Of a stretch of DNA of 63,128 nucleotides, positions 1 through 9,026 are shown one piece after another. How positions within the stretch are numbered: position 1 is the first letter of the stretch; each line of letters begins with the position of its first letter. Below the pieces are notes generated by a model. That model was not told the origin of the DNA. It did not search any database and was given only the letters and a program-made list of their open reading frames with translations. Position numbers and translations under genes: made by a program. The stretch is from a virus (taxonomy: Duplodnaviria > Caudoviricetes). The stretch is taken from IMG/VR virus record IMGVR_UViG_3300037346_000608, positions 1 through 63,128 of that record; one strand, written 5' to 3'.

Positions 1-13
1 TATCCCCACTTTT

Positions 14-214
14 CTAATCTTTTTGGAAAAAAATGTATCTTAAGTCTTTCCACATAAGATCACGAGTATAAATCATTCCTTTCTTTCTACCTTTCCAAAA
101 TAGAAGGCTTTGACTAAATGATTTTGCTCTTTCTTTGAATGTACGGTTATCCTTAAATTCAAATTTACTCTTTTCTTTCTTTTTAAAACTTAACATTTTT
201 TCTAAAATTTTCAA
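14..214 (-). CDS. small basic hypothetical protein
   Basis: ORF in the minus-strand run; no recognisable motif. Confidence 0.45.
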   Translation of the reverse strand: MKILEKMLSFKKKEKSKFEFKDNRTFKERAKSFSQSLLFWKGRKKGMIYTRDLMWKDLRYIFFQKD

Positions 215-596
215 TTAAACCTTTAATGTTTTCTGCCCCTACTGGGTTAGCAGATTGAATTTTGTAATTTGGTATGTTTAACTTGTTATCTAAACAAAAT
301 TCAATTAACCATTTAGTACAATCAAATCCACTTAATGTTTCTCTTTTTAAGATACGAGCTTGTCTTTTACTCATACCTTTAAAAACTCTACCTTTTGCAA
401 CATCTTCACCTAAGTCATGATCAAAACAGATTAATGAAGGTAAGCCATTCTTTTCTATCCATTTGGTAAAATCATCATAACTCTTAACCCATATTATATT
501 AAATGCAGTTGGATTAATTTCAGCATCTATCATCCAAGTTAACCAAATGTTATCTTTTGGGTCTCTGATATCGTCTAACCATAATAATGTTTCCAT
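183..596 (-). CDS. cyclic-phosphate-processing receiver-like domain protein
   Basis: LWLDDIRDP...FDHDLG...GFDC.KWL...SANPVGAENI pattern typical of this phage receiver-like family. Confidence 0.7.
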   Translation of the reverse strand: METLLWLDDIRDPKDNIWLTWMIDAEINPTAFNIIWVKSYDDFTKWIEKNGLPSLICFDHDLGEDVAKGRVFKGMSKRQARILKRETLSGFDCTKWLIEFCLDNKLNIPNYKIQSANPVGAENIKGLIENFRKNVKF

Positions 597-610
597 ATAA
601 TAATAATAAC

Positions 611-642
611 AAAGGGATCAGCTTTTTGAAAGAGATCCCTTT
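611..642 (-). terminator. probable intrinsic terminator
   Basis: AAAGGGATC...GATCCCTTT inverted repeat between genes. Confidence 0.5.
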
Positions 643-777
643 ATTGTTATATAAAAAACCAGTAAAAAGTTTAAGTTACTTAGAATTGTTTAGAACTGGG
701 TATGTTTTACCGTTGAATTCAAATTCTTTAAGGTTTTCTTCGATTGCTGTTGCACGTGCACCAAGAAATGCATTTCT

Positions 778-1644
778 TTATCTAACTTCGTATTCATCCA
801 TCCTATCCCACATTCCAGGATATTCTTTTTTGAAGTCTTCTCCATATACTTCATCCCAGATTCTAGCTAATTCACGACGATCTATATTAGGACGATTCTT
901 TAGAATTTTTGCAACTTTAGGATATTCATTAATGAATTTTTCGCCATATAGGTCAAACCAATGATCATGAATAGATTTGCTAATACCTTCACCTTCATTA
1001 ACATCAGATTCATGAACAAATTGAGATTCAATATTAACGATTTCTCCTGATCTTAATTTAACAGTTGCTATATCACCATCATCATCAATAAGTTCTACTT
1101 TTTCTCCTTTTTTAACATTATAAAATTTATTTCCAATTTTAGAATCTTCAACTTCGGTATTTTTTGTAATTTTATACATGCCTTTCTTTTCGCTAACGAC
1201 TTCTTCATAAACTACTGAATCATATACACTCTTTAACCATTTCAAAAGTTCTTTAATACTACCAGTGTTAGCAATGTCAGCGTTATCCTTTTTAAATTCT
1301 TTTACAAAATCTTTAAAGTTTTTTGCTTCTCTTGCTAATAGATCAATTTCTGACATAGCACCTTCAAAGATAGTATTATTTTCAGATATTACCAATTCAA
1401 TAAAACGATCTTTACCTGCAACTGCAGTATTGAGTTCTTGTTCAAATTTATTCTTTTCTACTGTAAGATCCTTAAGTCTTTGTAAGAATGATGTCTCGGC
1501 TTCTTTATCTCCACTTGCTTTAGCAGCTTTCCAGTTGGTAACCATTTCAGCCATACTGTTAATTACTCGAGTACGATCTTTTTCAATTTTTTCAATTGAA
1601 CGAGATTCATTAATAAACTCTTCGTAAAGTTTAATGTGTTTCAT
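778..1644 (-). CDS. putative internal head protein with capsid-targeting-like leader
   Basis: Starts MKHIKLYEEFINE; internal ISE, VSE, VHE, VNE motifs separate modules. Confidence 0.6.
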   Translation of the reverse strand: MKHIKLYEEFINESRSIEKIEKDRTRVINSMAEMVTNWKAAKASGDKEAETSFLQRLKDLTVEKNKFEQELNTAVAGKDRFIELVISENNTIFEGAMSEIDLLAREAKNFKDFVKEFKKDNADIANTGSIKELLKWLKSVYDSVVYEEVVSEKKGMYKITKNTEVEDSKIGNKFYNVKKGEKVELIDDDGDIATVKLRSGEIVNIESQFVHESDVNEGEGISKSIHDHWFDLYGEKFINEYPKVAKILKNRPNIDRRELARIWDEVYGEDFKKEYPGMWDRMDEYEVR

Positions 1645-1759
1645 GTTTAGTTTATTTTTTTATAAATTGAGATATTTCCTTTTTGACTTTTATTATTTAG
1701 TTTTATGTGTTTCATTATTCACCATGCATTACTTGGTGCTGCTCCTTCTGTCATAGAAA

Positions 1760-1852
1760 CTATCTAAAGTAGTTAAGGTATGCATCAGTTAAGTCAGTAA
1801 TTACTGATTCATCGCTTTCGTTAAATTTATTAAATGTTGGTAAGTTTTTCAT
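1760..1852 (-). CDS. 30-aa ORF or remnant with leader-like N-terminus
   Basis: Manual translation MKNLPTFNKFNESDESVITDLTDAYLNYFR*; A-rich start context. Confidence 0.4.
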   Translation of the reverse strand: MKNLPTFNKFNESDESVITDLTDAYLNYFR

Positions 1853-2057
1853 ATTTTTTTGTTTTTTATTAATCTAATTTATTTATTGCTTTCTGTGCAT
1901 CATCAACATACTTTTGAAATGTTTTTCTAATTCTGTTCTTTTTTGCTTCATTATTTGGAAGCGATGATATTATAGTGTTATCAAGTTCCCATATTTTACC
2001 TTCATGTTTATCGATAATATCTTGGTAATCTTCTCTACTTTTCTTTTACACCTTGTT

Positions 2058-2591
2058 CTAAAGTTCCACCCCGTGGAACTTTAAGAGAACTCTCCGAAAG
2101 TCCTGTGGTGAATTAACCTCTTCTCCGTGTAATTTAATTGTTTCATCATTAAGATCAATATAAATTTCAGATCCTTGATGTTTCATATCAAGAATAATAG
2201 TATCATAATTCTTTCCAATTGCAGTACCACCACTAATATACTTACCGGTCTTTTCAGCCCAGCTTGCGGCCTTCTTAACCAGTGCAGTTGCATAAGATCC
2301 TTTTCTTTTTGCAAACTCTAAAATAGATGAAGGTACGCTCGCTGCTTCATCTAATTTAGATTCATTGGTTTCATTAATCTGTCCGCCGTGATTAAACTGG
2401 CCTAGATTAACCTCTACTGTATTATCCTTTTCATCTTTAAGTGTTAAGATGTAACCATCGTTTGCAGTTACTTCATATTGGCTTCCTATATAATGGATAG
2501 TTTTACCTACTGGGATTTTTTTAAAGTCGCTTGCTGTTATTTTCTGACCGTAGATCTTTTTAAAAGACTCAAATGTCTGTATATGTTTCAT
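2058..2591 (-). CDS. putative internal head protein
   Basis: Starts MKHIQTFESF; internal INE and LDE motifs. Confidence 0.55.
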   Translation of the reverse strand: MKHIQTFESFKKIYGQKITASDFKKIPVGKTIHYIGSQYEVTANDGYILTLKDEKDNTVEVNLGQFNHGGQINETNESKLDEAASVPSSILEFAKRKGSYATALVKKAASWAEKTGKYISGGTAIGKNYDTIILDMKHQGSEIYIDLNDETIKLHGEEVNSPQDFRRVLLKFHGVEL

Positions 2592-2608
2592 AATTTTTAT
2601 TTTATATA

Positions 2609-2908
2609 TTATGACAAATTCAATTGGGCTTTAATCTCATTAATATGTTTACATGTACCTCTGAATTTACCAGCAGGACATTCACACGTTAAAGTATTAT
2701 CTCTTTTAGTAATTGTGTAAGTATTACCTTTTGAACCATTGACCTTGAATTCTTCTATTTTAGTTTTCCAAGGATTGATATGTTCAACATCATCGAATGT
2801 AATATCATCTGCTACTGGTGTCCATCCTGGCATTAGATATCTTTGGCCATTAATTGTTGCAAAGCCTGGTCTAAATAAGTGCGCTATTGTATATTTCTTT
2901 TTTGTCAT
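2609..2908 (-). CDS. SWIM zinc-finger protein
   Basis: GSKGNTY...TCECPAGKFRGTCKHI (CxC..CxH). Confidence 0.75.
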   Translation of the reverse strand: MTKKKYTIAHLFRPGFATINGQRYLMPGWTPVADDITFDDVEHINPWKTKIEEFKVNGSKGNTYTITKRDNTLTCECPAGKFRGTCKHINEIKAQLNLS

Positions 2909-3200
2909 ATTCTTTAAATTTTTTAAAATCAGTAATATGAAAATATCCTACTCCTTTAAAAGTTTTGTCATAATGTTGTTGACATCTTACTGAAAAACTA
3001 CCATCTTTTCTTGGTTTAAAATTATTAAATTTAACAAATTCTGGAATAACAATTTTTAATATGTCAGATATTTCTTTTATTTGTTTTTTGAATTTTTCTT
3101 GAATTTCTTTGTTTAAATATTCATAACCATTATTATTTAATGTTAATTCAGGATATTTTTTCTGAAACATTATTAATTTATTATAATATTTATTTGTCAT
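2871..3200 (-). CDS. hypothetical protein
   Basis: ORF in operon-like run. Confidence 0.55.
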   Translation of the reverse strand: MTNKYYNKLIMFQKKYPELTLNNNGYEYLNKEIQEKFKKQIKEISDILKIVIPEFVKFNNFKPRKDGSFSVRCQQHYDKTFKGVGYFHITDFKKFKEYDKKEIYNSALI

Positions 3201-3211
3201 AATTAAAGTTT

Positions 3212-3721
3212 TTATTGTTTAATATAAGCCATTAATTGTCCATCAACTCTGGCTGTTCTGATTTGTAAAGTATCAGATAACTTTTCTTTATCACCTTTTT
3301 TCCAATCTAAATAACTGGTTTCCATCTCCAACTCAATGTATTCTTGTTTTAGAGATTCAATGAATTTAGTTATTAAAATATCTTTACCTTCATCTGTTAC
3401 ATAAGTTAATTCAGCCCCTTGTGCAACTTTTCTTAAATCCTCTTCTGAATAAACATCTTTCTGTTGTGATGCTTTGTAACCTAAAATCTTAACTTCATCT
3501 TCAACAATAACCATTGCAATATTTTTATTGATAGAATGATTTATTGTTCCTATTATTTTATAGGGTGTTTTACCATTAAGACCACTTATTAAAACATATA
3601 TAATCCATTGTGGTATTTTATAATTATCTTCCCAAGCAACATAGTAGTCATTCGGTTTTATTTCAGTGGTTTCATCTACTATAATTTTACCTTGTTCTGT
3701 TGTTATTACTTTGTGTTTCAT
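3212..3721 (-). CDS. hypothetical protein
   Basis: ORF; YSEEDLR motif common in small Bacteroidota phage proteins. Confidence 0.6.
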   Translation of the reverse strand: MKHKVITTEQGKIIVDETTEIKPNDYYVAWEDNYKIPQWIIYVLISGLNGKTPYKIIGTINHSINKNIAMVIVEDEVKILGYKASQQKDVYSEEDLRKVAQGAELTYVTDEGKDILITKFIESLKQEYIELEMETSYLDWKKGDKEKLSDTLQIRTARVDGQLMAYIKQ

Positions 3722-3726
3722 AATTA

Positions 3727-3773
3727 TTTTTTATTTGTTAAAAACGCATAAACTTGCGTATATCTAGTAGTTA
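3727..3773. repeat. 47-bp intergenic repeat, copy 1 (attC-like half site)
   Basis: 45/47 identical to 4472-4518. Confidence 0.8.
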
Positions 3774-4001
3774 TAACTCATTTTGGAGAACCCTAATAAG
3801 ACGACTTTTTTTATCGAAAACAACATTTTCTTTAGATATAATTTTTACTTCACTAATTAATATTTTACAAGGCTCATCTAAATAAGAAATATATTCGGGG
3901 TCGCTTTCTAAAATCATTCCGACTTCACAATATTGTGGCTTAATGCCTTTAGGTTGAAAATAAACTGTATTCATATTTATTATTTTAATTTTTGATTCCA
4001 A
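3771..4001 (-). CDS. hypothetical protein
   Basis: ORF ends within the repeat element. Confidence 0.55.
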   Translation of the reverse strand: MESKIKIINMNTVYFQPKGIKPQYCEVGMILESDPEYISYLDEPCKILISEVKIISKENVVFDKKSRLIRVLQNEL

Positions 4002-4195
4002 AAAGGGTTTTTAAATTCACCATCTAAAAAATATACCCAAGAATGTCTTAAATCTTCTGTTTCGTTTTTATTCTCTAATTTTTTATTTTTAAAGTAATTA
4101 CGTATATTTTTAAAAAACGAGTTATAACACGTGCTATAATCAATAGCGGGTTCTGTGCTTTCCAAAAGTTTTGGTGCATTATTTAAGTCTGTCAT
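3980..4195 (-). CDS. hypothetical protein starting inside the inverted-repeat element
   Basis: ATG lies in the loop of the 4121-4253 element. Confidence 0.5.
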   Translation of the reverse strand: MTDLNNAPKLLESTEPAIDYSTCYNSFFKNIRNYFKNKKLENKNETEDLRHSWVYFLDGEFKNPFWNQKLK

Positions 4196-4253
4196 AAATT
4201 TTAAGTTTTGTGTTATTTAATCCGCTACTTCTCATAGCACCATCCGTTATCGT
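4121..4253. repeat. attC-like long imperfect inverted repeat
   Basis: TAAC-AC-GTGCTAT-AATCA-ATAGCGG ... CCGCTAC-TTCTC-ATAGCAC-CATCC-GTTA. Confidence 0.6.
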
Positions 4254-4258
4254 TAATA

Positions 4259-4462
4259 TTAAACTAGGCTTACAACACGACCTCTTCCGCTTTCATACCA
4301 ATTTGCTATACTTCCCGCTTCTTCGATTTGTTTATTAGTCTCTGCTTCTACTTTTCTGTAAGTGTTTCTCATCTTTTGCTTATCCTCATCTGTTGGACAA
4401 TCATAAAAAGAATCTGTATCTATTAGTAATGTTTCTAGTTCTTCGTCTGTTAAGTTTTTCAT
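4259..4462 (-). CDS. hypothetical protein
   Basis: Likely start MKNLTDEE at 4462; the upstream extension in the track is repeat sequence. Confidence 0.55.
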   Translation of the reverse strand: MKNLTDEELETLLIDTDSFYDCPTDEDKQKMRNTYRKVEAETNKQIEEAGSIANWYESGRGRVVSLV

Positions 4463-4471
4463 AAGATTTGT

Positions 4472-4518
4472 TTTTTTATTTGTTAAAAACGCATAAAATT
4501 GTGTATATCTAGTAGTTA
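4472..4518. repeat. 47-bp intergenic repeat, copy 2
   Basis: 45/47 identical to 3727-3773. Confidence 0.8.
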
Positions 4519-4528
4519 GCAAACATTG

Positions 4529-4819
4529 TTATTTTTCGTTTTCATAAGAGATTATCTCACTCTTAACTTCTTGCAAATAATCTAATTCAATAGCTTCAAA
4601 TTCGCTTCTATCTTCATTAAAATATTTCATTAAAGATAGTGTTGTACTTTTAATTTCTTCCAAAGAGATTAAGGCACACTCTTTCGATAGTGTTTTCCAA
4701 ATACCGCATCCGTGACCAGAATTAGTACAATTACCCTTTCTATATTCTTCCTCACAATCACCAAAGCAATTATCAGTTTTCTGAAATACTTTATAATATT
4801 TTGTTATATCACCTGTTAC
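4529..4819 (-). pseudogene. 5'-truncated member of the 'AKxCALIAVxE...EVKxEI' small-protein family
   Basis: 96-codon open frame with no 5' start codon; SKECALISLEEI...YLQEVKSEI resembles 33038-33220. Confidence 0.5.
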
Positions 4820-4941
4820 TCATCTCTAAGTTGCTCTATTTCAACTTCCATTTCAACTAATTGCAATTCATAAATAGAACCTAAGATAGGATCTTCTACT
4901 AGGACTAATTGCTCTACTACTATTGTTTCTGTGTGTTTCAT
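4816..4941 (-). CDS. 41-aa acidic hypothetical protein
   Basis: Manual translation MKHTETIVVEQLVLVEDPILGSIYELQLVEMEVEIEQLRDE*. Confidence 0.45.
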   Translation of the reverse strand: MKHTETIVVEQLVLVEDPILGSIYELQLVEMEVEIEQLRDE

Positions 4942-4942
4942 A

Positions 4943-5122
4943 TTAAAATACATTCATTTGTTTTACATTTGTTATAACACTGTATTCATCGTCAGCAACA
5001 TCTGTGTATGAATTGGTTGTGTATATTCCTTCTAAGTATTGGTTTAATTCTTTAAATCCTGTGCTGAAAATACCATGAGTAACTACAGAGTATACTTTAG
5101 CAGTTGGAATACTCCCTTTAAT
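4943..5122 (-). pseudogene. C-terminal remnant of a ribose-phosphate pyrophosphokinase (PRS/Adps-like)
   Basis: IKGSIPTAKVYSVVTHGIFSTGFKEL...IYTTNSY; no start codon. Confidence 0.65.
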
Positions 5123-5397
5123 TCATTTACAGCAGCCGATGTTACTCGACCTGAAGCACCACCTATATGCCATTCAATAATTTCATCTTCACTTAATCGG
5201 CGATACTCTTTCCAATCATAAATGGTAAAGACTTCACCATCTTCAGTTTCCATAACCCAATCAAAATTAACCTTATCTGAACCATCATTTTGTTCATATT
5301 GAGGTTCTCCTAAAATCTGTCTTAAGTCGGTGACTGATACTCTAATTGTGTCATTGTGGAAAGATGTTCCTTCTGATGTTTGTGTTGTTTGTTTCAT
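5083..5397 (-). CDS. conserved phage hypothetical protein
   Basis: LGEP..DKV..W....DGEVFTIYDWK...WHIGG family pattern. Confidence 0.7.
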   Translation of the reverse strand: MKQTTQTSEGTSFHNDTIRVSVTDLRQILGEPQYEQNDGSDKVNFDWVMETEDGEVFTIYDWKEYRRLSEDEIIEWHIGGASGRVTSAAVNELKGVFQLLKYTL

Positions 5398-5575
5398 ATT
5401 TTCTATTTTAAAAGTTCTTCAATATCTTGGACTGCTAGCGAACATTCGTGAATTTCAGATCCACCCTCCTCAATTTCAGTATCTGCCAATTCATAAAGAC
5501 CACGAATCTCGCCTTCTAATTGTGGGTGTTCCTTAATCTTTTGTTTACAAAATTGTTGTAATTGTATAAGATTCA

Positions 5576-5830
5576 TTATTTTTGATTTTTAAGTTGTGGC
5601 CAGTTATTTACCAAGAGTTGACATAATTCATAATCTTCTCTTTCTTGGAATAGGTAAAGAAATGATTCTGCTAATTCAAAAATATTAATGTCTTTGCTTA
5701 AATCTTTAGGTTCGCTGCCATGTAAAAGATCACTGATGTTGAGGTCGTTAACCATTTGGTCAGTTTGGATCTCATCCATAGTAATTATAAACTGATTTAA
5801 TGCACTTTTTGTAATGTATTTGAGTTCCAT
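5576..5830 (-). CDS. hypothetical protein (UVR-like EDYELC motif)
   Basis: ORF downstream of early-type promoter. Confidence 0.55.
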   Translation of the reverse strand: MELKYITKSALNQFIITMDEIQTDQMVNDLNISDLLHGSEPKDLSKDINIFELAESFLYLFQEREDYELCQLLVNNWPQLKNQK

Positions 5831-5831
5831 A

Positions 5832-6029
5832 TTATTTAGATTTTTGGAATGAAAATATGAATGATAAAAAACACATAGTTAAACATAGTGCAAAAAATAC
5901 CATTTCATTTAATGCATCTTCGAAGTAAAATAATTCTTGTAAGGTACCTTTTACAGTTAACATTGCGATTGTTAGTGTAACAATTGAAAGTAAAAGATAC
6001 TTAATGTTTAGTTTGAATTTAATTTCCAT
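5832..6029 (-). CDS. small two-TM membrane protein
   Basis: Two hydrophobic segments; first gene after promoter. Confidence 0.6.
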   Translation of the reverse strand: MEIKFKLNIKYLLLSIVTLTIAMLTVKGTLQELFYFEDALNEMVFFALCLTMCFLSFIFSFQKSK

Positions 6030-6037
6030 ATTTCCAT

Positions 6038-6120
6038 TGTTTTAATTATAATATAAATATAAAACATTTTTTTAGGATTTGAAACCATTTTGTGAACTTT
6101 TTTCTAAAAGTTATTAACAA
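6038..6120 (-). promoter_or_regulatory. early-type promoter element (repeat family)
   Basis: TTGTTAATAACTTTT...TATATTTATATTATAATTAAAAC; related copies at 6855, 34375, 36177, 54181. Confidence 0.7.
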
Positions 6121-6228
6121 GCTGTAGACAAGACTCGAACCTGTATGATAGCTGTTCTATCTGGATAATCTTATCGAAAAGATACTTATTATACTTACTA
6201 ATTGTGTTTACCATTTCGCTACTAAATT
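6121..6228 (-). ncRNA. tRNA-like RNA with expanded anticodon region
   Basis: D-arm-like TAGCGAAATGGTAAACAC and T-arm ACAGG-TTCGAGT-CTTGT separated by about 58 nt. Confidence 0.45.
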
Positions 6229-6336
6229 AAAAATACTTTAGTCGTGAGGAACCCAGCTCTCACTTCTTACTAGATTCTTGTAGCTTACTTACCGCGGTTC
6301 AATCCGTTACTACTAGGGAGCCCAACATTGTATTTT

Positions 6337-6413
6337 TGTGGATAGCAAGGATTCGAACCTTGTGCCTGTACTTGTACGGCTTTAACCAAACCTACCCTGG
6401 ACCTGCAGATCCG
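6337..6413 (-). ncRNA. tRNA-like RNA
   Basis: T-arm CAAGG-TTCGAAT-CCTTG, ends GGAT/ATCC-A; no canonical anticodon arm. Confidence 0.4.
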
Positions 6414-6453
6414 TTATAAATGTTGCTTCAATCCTGATAAAAGCTTTGACCTA

Positions 6454-6656
6454 TGGTGGAGTCAAAAGGGATTCGAACCCTTATTCTACATTTACCTATG
6501 CTTTTCAAACTTGGTTTTAGTTGCTTTCCTTGCGCTCAGAAATAACTAATTTCCAGTATCGCCACGTGGAGGCGTTTGATTGATACCATGAGCTTCGTTA
6601 TTCTCCTTTCGGATATTCTTTCATACATTACTCTAGCCTTATCTTAAGTTGACTAT
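6454..6656 (-). ncRNA. longer RNA with tRNA-like 3' end (T-arm + CCA)
   Basis: AAGGG-TTCGAAT-CCCTT-TTGACTCCACCA; possible 5' partner AGTCAA near 6650; 5' limit uncertain. Confidence 0.4.
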
Positions 6657-6854
6657 TTCTTGCTTATTATACAATTTATTTTAATTCGTTATCCCCTACT
6701 GCCCTTATGGATACGTATACGAATTGTTTTTGTCTTAGCACCACCTAAAACCTTTGTCCGGTTTGTCTACATGATCGTAACCGATTATTACGTTAAAGAC
6801 CGAAGCTTGTAGCCGGTAATCAATGCAGTATTTTTATGGATATTCATTTTCCTT

Positions 6855-6947
6855 TGTTTTAATTATAATATAAATATAATCAATTTAATTGGGATAAAAA
6901 AATATTTAGTGAACTTTTTTCTCTAAATAGTGAAAAAGTTATTAACA
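6855..6947 (-). promoter_or_regulatory. early-type promoter element (repeat family)
   Basis: Near-identical to 54181-54273. Confidence 0.75.
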
Positions 6948-6948
6948 A

Positions 6949-7758
6949 TTAGATATGAATATCATAACTAGTAAAAGTATCTCTCCATTTACTAATTATC
7001 ATATTATTAAAAGCAGCACTGTTCCTACCTCTTTCTTGTGGGTATAAACGAAATACATAATCAGATTGCCAATACTCATTTGTATCAACATTCATAATTG
7101 TTGCAGGTCCAAAGAATGCAGCTCCTGTATCAACATTCCAAACATTTCCAATATTTATAGGTTTAGAAGTACCCTTTGATAATGTAGGAGTATGACCAAT
7201 AAAAACTTTATCATAACGTGGATCTTCTACATCGAATCCTTTATTAAGACTATCCCACATTTCACGGTCCCACCATAGATTACCACTACTCACTTCCCAA
7301 TCTGGTGTATATTCAGAATCCTGTATTGATAACCCACGGTCATACCCAGCATGAACAAAAAGGCGATTCTTTTCGTCTATATAATATGGTAATGCATTCT
7401 TAAGTAATTGGATAAAGGCTTCTCTATCTTCATCATCTAAACTAAGATATGAATTTTTAGTTGCTTGCCCACCATGGGATAACCATGCATGACTAAATAC
7501 AGCAGCACCCATCCTATTTACGTTCTTTAATCCATCTAATGACCATTCATCATGGTTACCCATTACATGAAAAAAGTTCTTCATTTTACGAACCTCATCA
7601 AAAATAAGATGCGTTTCTGACCAACCATCACAAAGATCACCTACTGAAATAAGTTTATCATTTTCATAGTCAAAATTAACCTTATTAAGACATTCCATTA
7701 ATCCTCGGTAACCACCATGAAGATCTCCAATTACATATGTTTTAGCTAGTCCCACCAT
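6949..7758 (-). CDS. Ser/Thr protein phosphatase-like metallophosphoesterase
   Basis: GDLHG, GDLCD, GNHD, HAG, GHT, DTG motifs. Confidence 0.9.
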   Translation of the reverse strand: MVGLAKTYVIGDLHGGYRGLMECLNKVNFDYENDKLISVGDLCDGWSETHLIFDEVRKMKNFFHVMGNHDEWSLDGLKNVNRMGAAVFSHAWLSHGGQATKNSYLSLDDEDREAFIQLLKNALPYYIDEKNRLFVHAGYDRGLSIQDSEYTPDWEVSSGNLWWDREMWDSLNKGFDVEDPRYDKVFIGHTPTLSKGTSKPINIGNVWNVDTGAAFFGPATIMNVDTNEYWQSDYVFRLYPQERGRNSAAFNNMIISKWRDTFTSYDIHI

Positions 7759-8393
7759 TTTTTTATGTTCTCTTCTATAATTTTAAATAGTAATTTATGG
7801 GCACGTTGTTCGTTAATATGACCAATATTCATTGCTATTCTCTGTTTTATCTCAGTACCAACACTATCATGTTTACCTAATGAAAAAACTCCCTCACCAA
7901 GTAATACTCTTTTGTAAATTAGTGGATGTTTTTTAAAGTAATCATCAAAATTCTCTTCAAGTAATCTAGATTCCCATGTTGAACAACCACGGCCATCATT
8001 GATAGGTTCAAACCAATGTTTTGTTTTGTGATAATCTGAATATTCTCCCGAGTAGTGTTCGTCCTGTACTAGTTTCATTAATCTGACGCAAGTCATCATA
8101 ATCTCAGCATCTCTTTTGGCTCCTCTATGAATATCTCTATCACCGATGTATTTAGATTGTGCTTTGATTTTGTGCATCATGATTTCAAAAATATAATAGC
8201 TGTCACAATCTCTATCTTTCCATATGATAGGGAACCAGTAGATAAGTTTTTTAACGCCTCTAATGAACCATCTACCTATGAATCTTCCATCATGATTCCA
8301 CCATAATGGAATCCATTCTAATTTTCTTATAACCCAATTTCTTTGTTCTCTTTCATCTGACCATTGGTCAAATATGTCTTTTTCTGGTTCCAT
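7746..8393 (-). CDS. conserved phage hypothetical protein
   Basis: W.PIIWKDRD.D...WWD family pattern. Confidence 0.7.
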   Translation of the reverse strand: MEPEKDIFDQWSDEREQRNWVIRKLEWIPLWWNHDGRFIGRWFIRGVKKLIYWFPIIWKDRDCDSYYIFEIMMHKIKAQSKYIGDRDIHRGAKRDAEIMMTCVRLMKLVQDEHYSGEYSDYHKTKHWFEPINDGRGCSTWESRLLEENFDDYFKKHPLIYKRVLLGEGVFSLGKHDSVGTEIKQRIAMNIGHINEQRAHKLLFKIIEENIKKWWD

Positions 8394-8397
8394 ATCT

Positions 8398-8718
8398 TTA
8401 TATTAATTTGATTGCCTCTAATAAGCCTTCTTCCAGCGCACACTCCCATTGTCTATGAAGACTCCAATTTTCACCGCTAGGAATTGATACCCAAGACCAT
8501 TCCCTTTCTGCAAGGTTTTTAGGATTTCCAGTAAATCTTGAAATATCGTAACAAAATTTAGGATATGTTGTTCTATCAACATATATACAATAGGTTTCTC
8601 TTAGCCATTTCTGTAACTCGGTCATCCATAATTCATAATATGACTCATTAGGAATTATTAATTTATTCCTAGAAATAAATCCAACCTCAATACTTTTAGC
8701 AACTAATTCCATTTTCAT
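8398..8718 (-). CDS. hypothetical protein
   Basis: LQKWLRE...ALEEGLLEAIKLI pattern. Confidence 0.65.
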   Translation of the reverse strand: MKMELVAKSIEVGFISRNKLIIPNESYYELWMTELQKWLRETYCIYVDRTTYPKFCYDISRFTGNPKNLAEREWSWVSIPSGENWSLHRQWECALEEGLLEAIKLI

Positions 8719-8957
8719 TTTTCGTTTATTTTATTACAATCTTCAAAATCGGAATAAGTCAATCCATATTGTAAGTTAAACCACATCATTTTTCTTTCAG
8801 CCGACTTAGCAGTTTCACGAAGCTCTTTCATCAAATACATTTTGCCCCATGCTTTAAATACCTCACTTTGTTCAACATTCATTGTATATTTTTTAAACCA
8901 ATCCTCTACACCTAAAATATCATCATAGGTAACACTGTGTCCAGCAATTATAAACAT
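8715..8957 (-). CDS. hypothetical protein
   Basis: ORF in run; 5' end uncertain. Confidence 0.55.
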   Translation of the reverse strand: MFIIAGHSVTYDDILGVEDWFKKYTMNVEQSEVFKAWGKMYLMKELRETAKSAERKMMWFNLQYGLTYSDFEDCNKINEK

Positions 8958-9026
8958 TTGATTTATTAAATCAGTTATTGCCTTGCTTTTTTTGCTCTCT
9001 AGTTAATCGTTTTTTAGCTTCCATAA

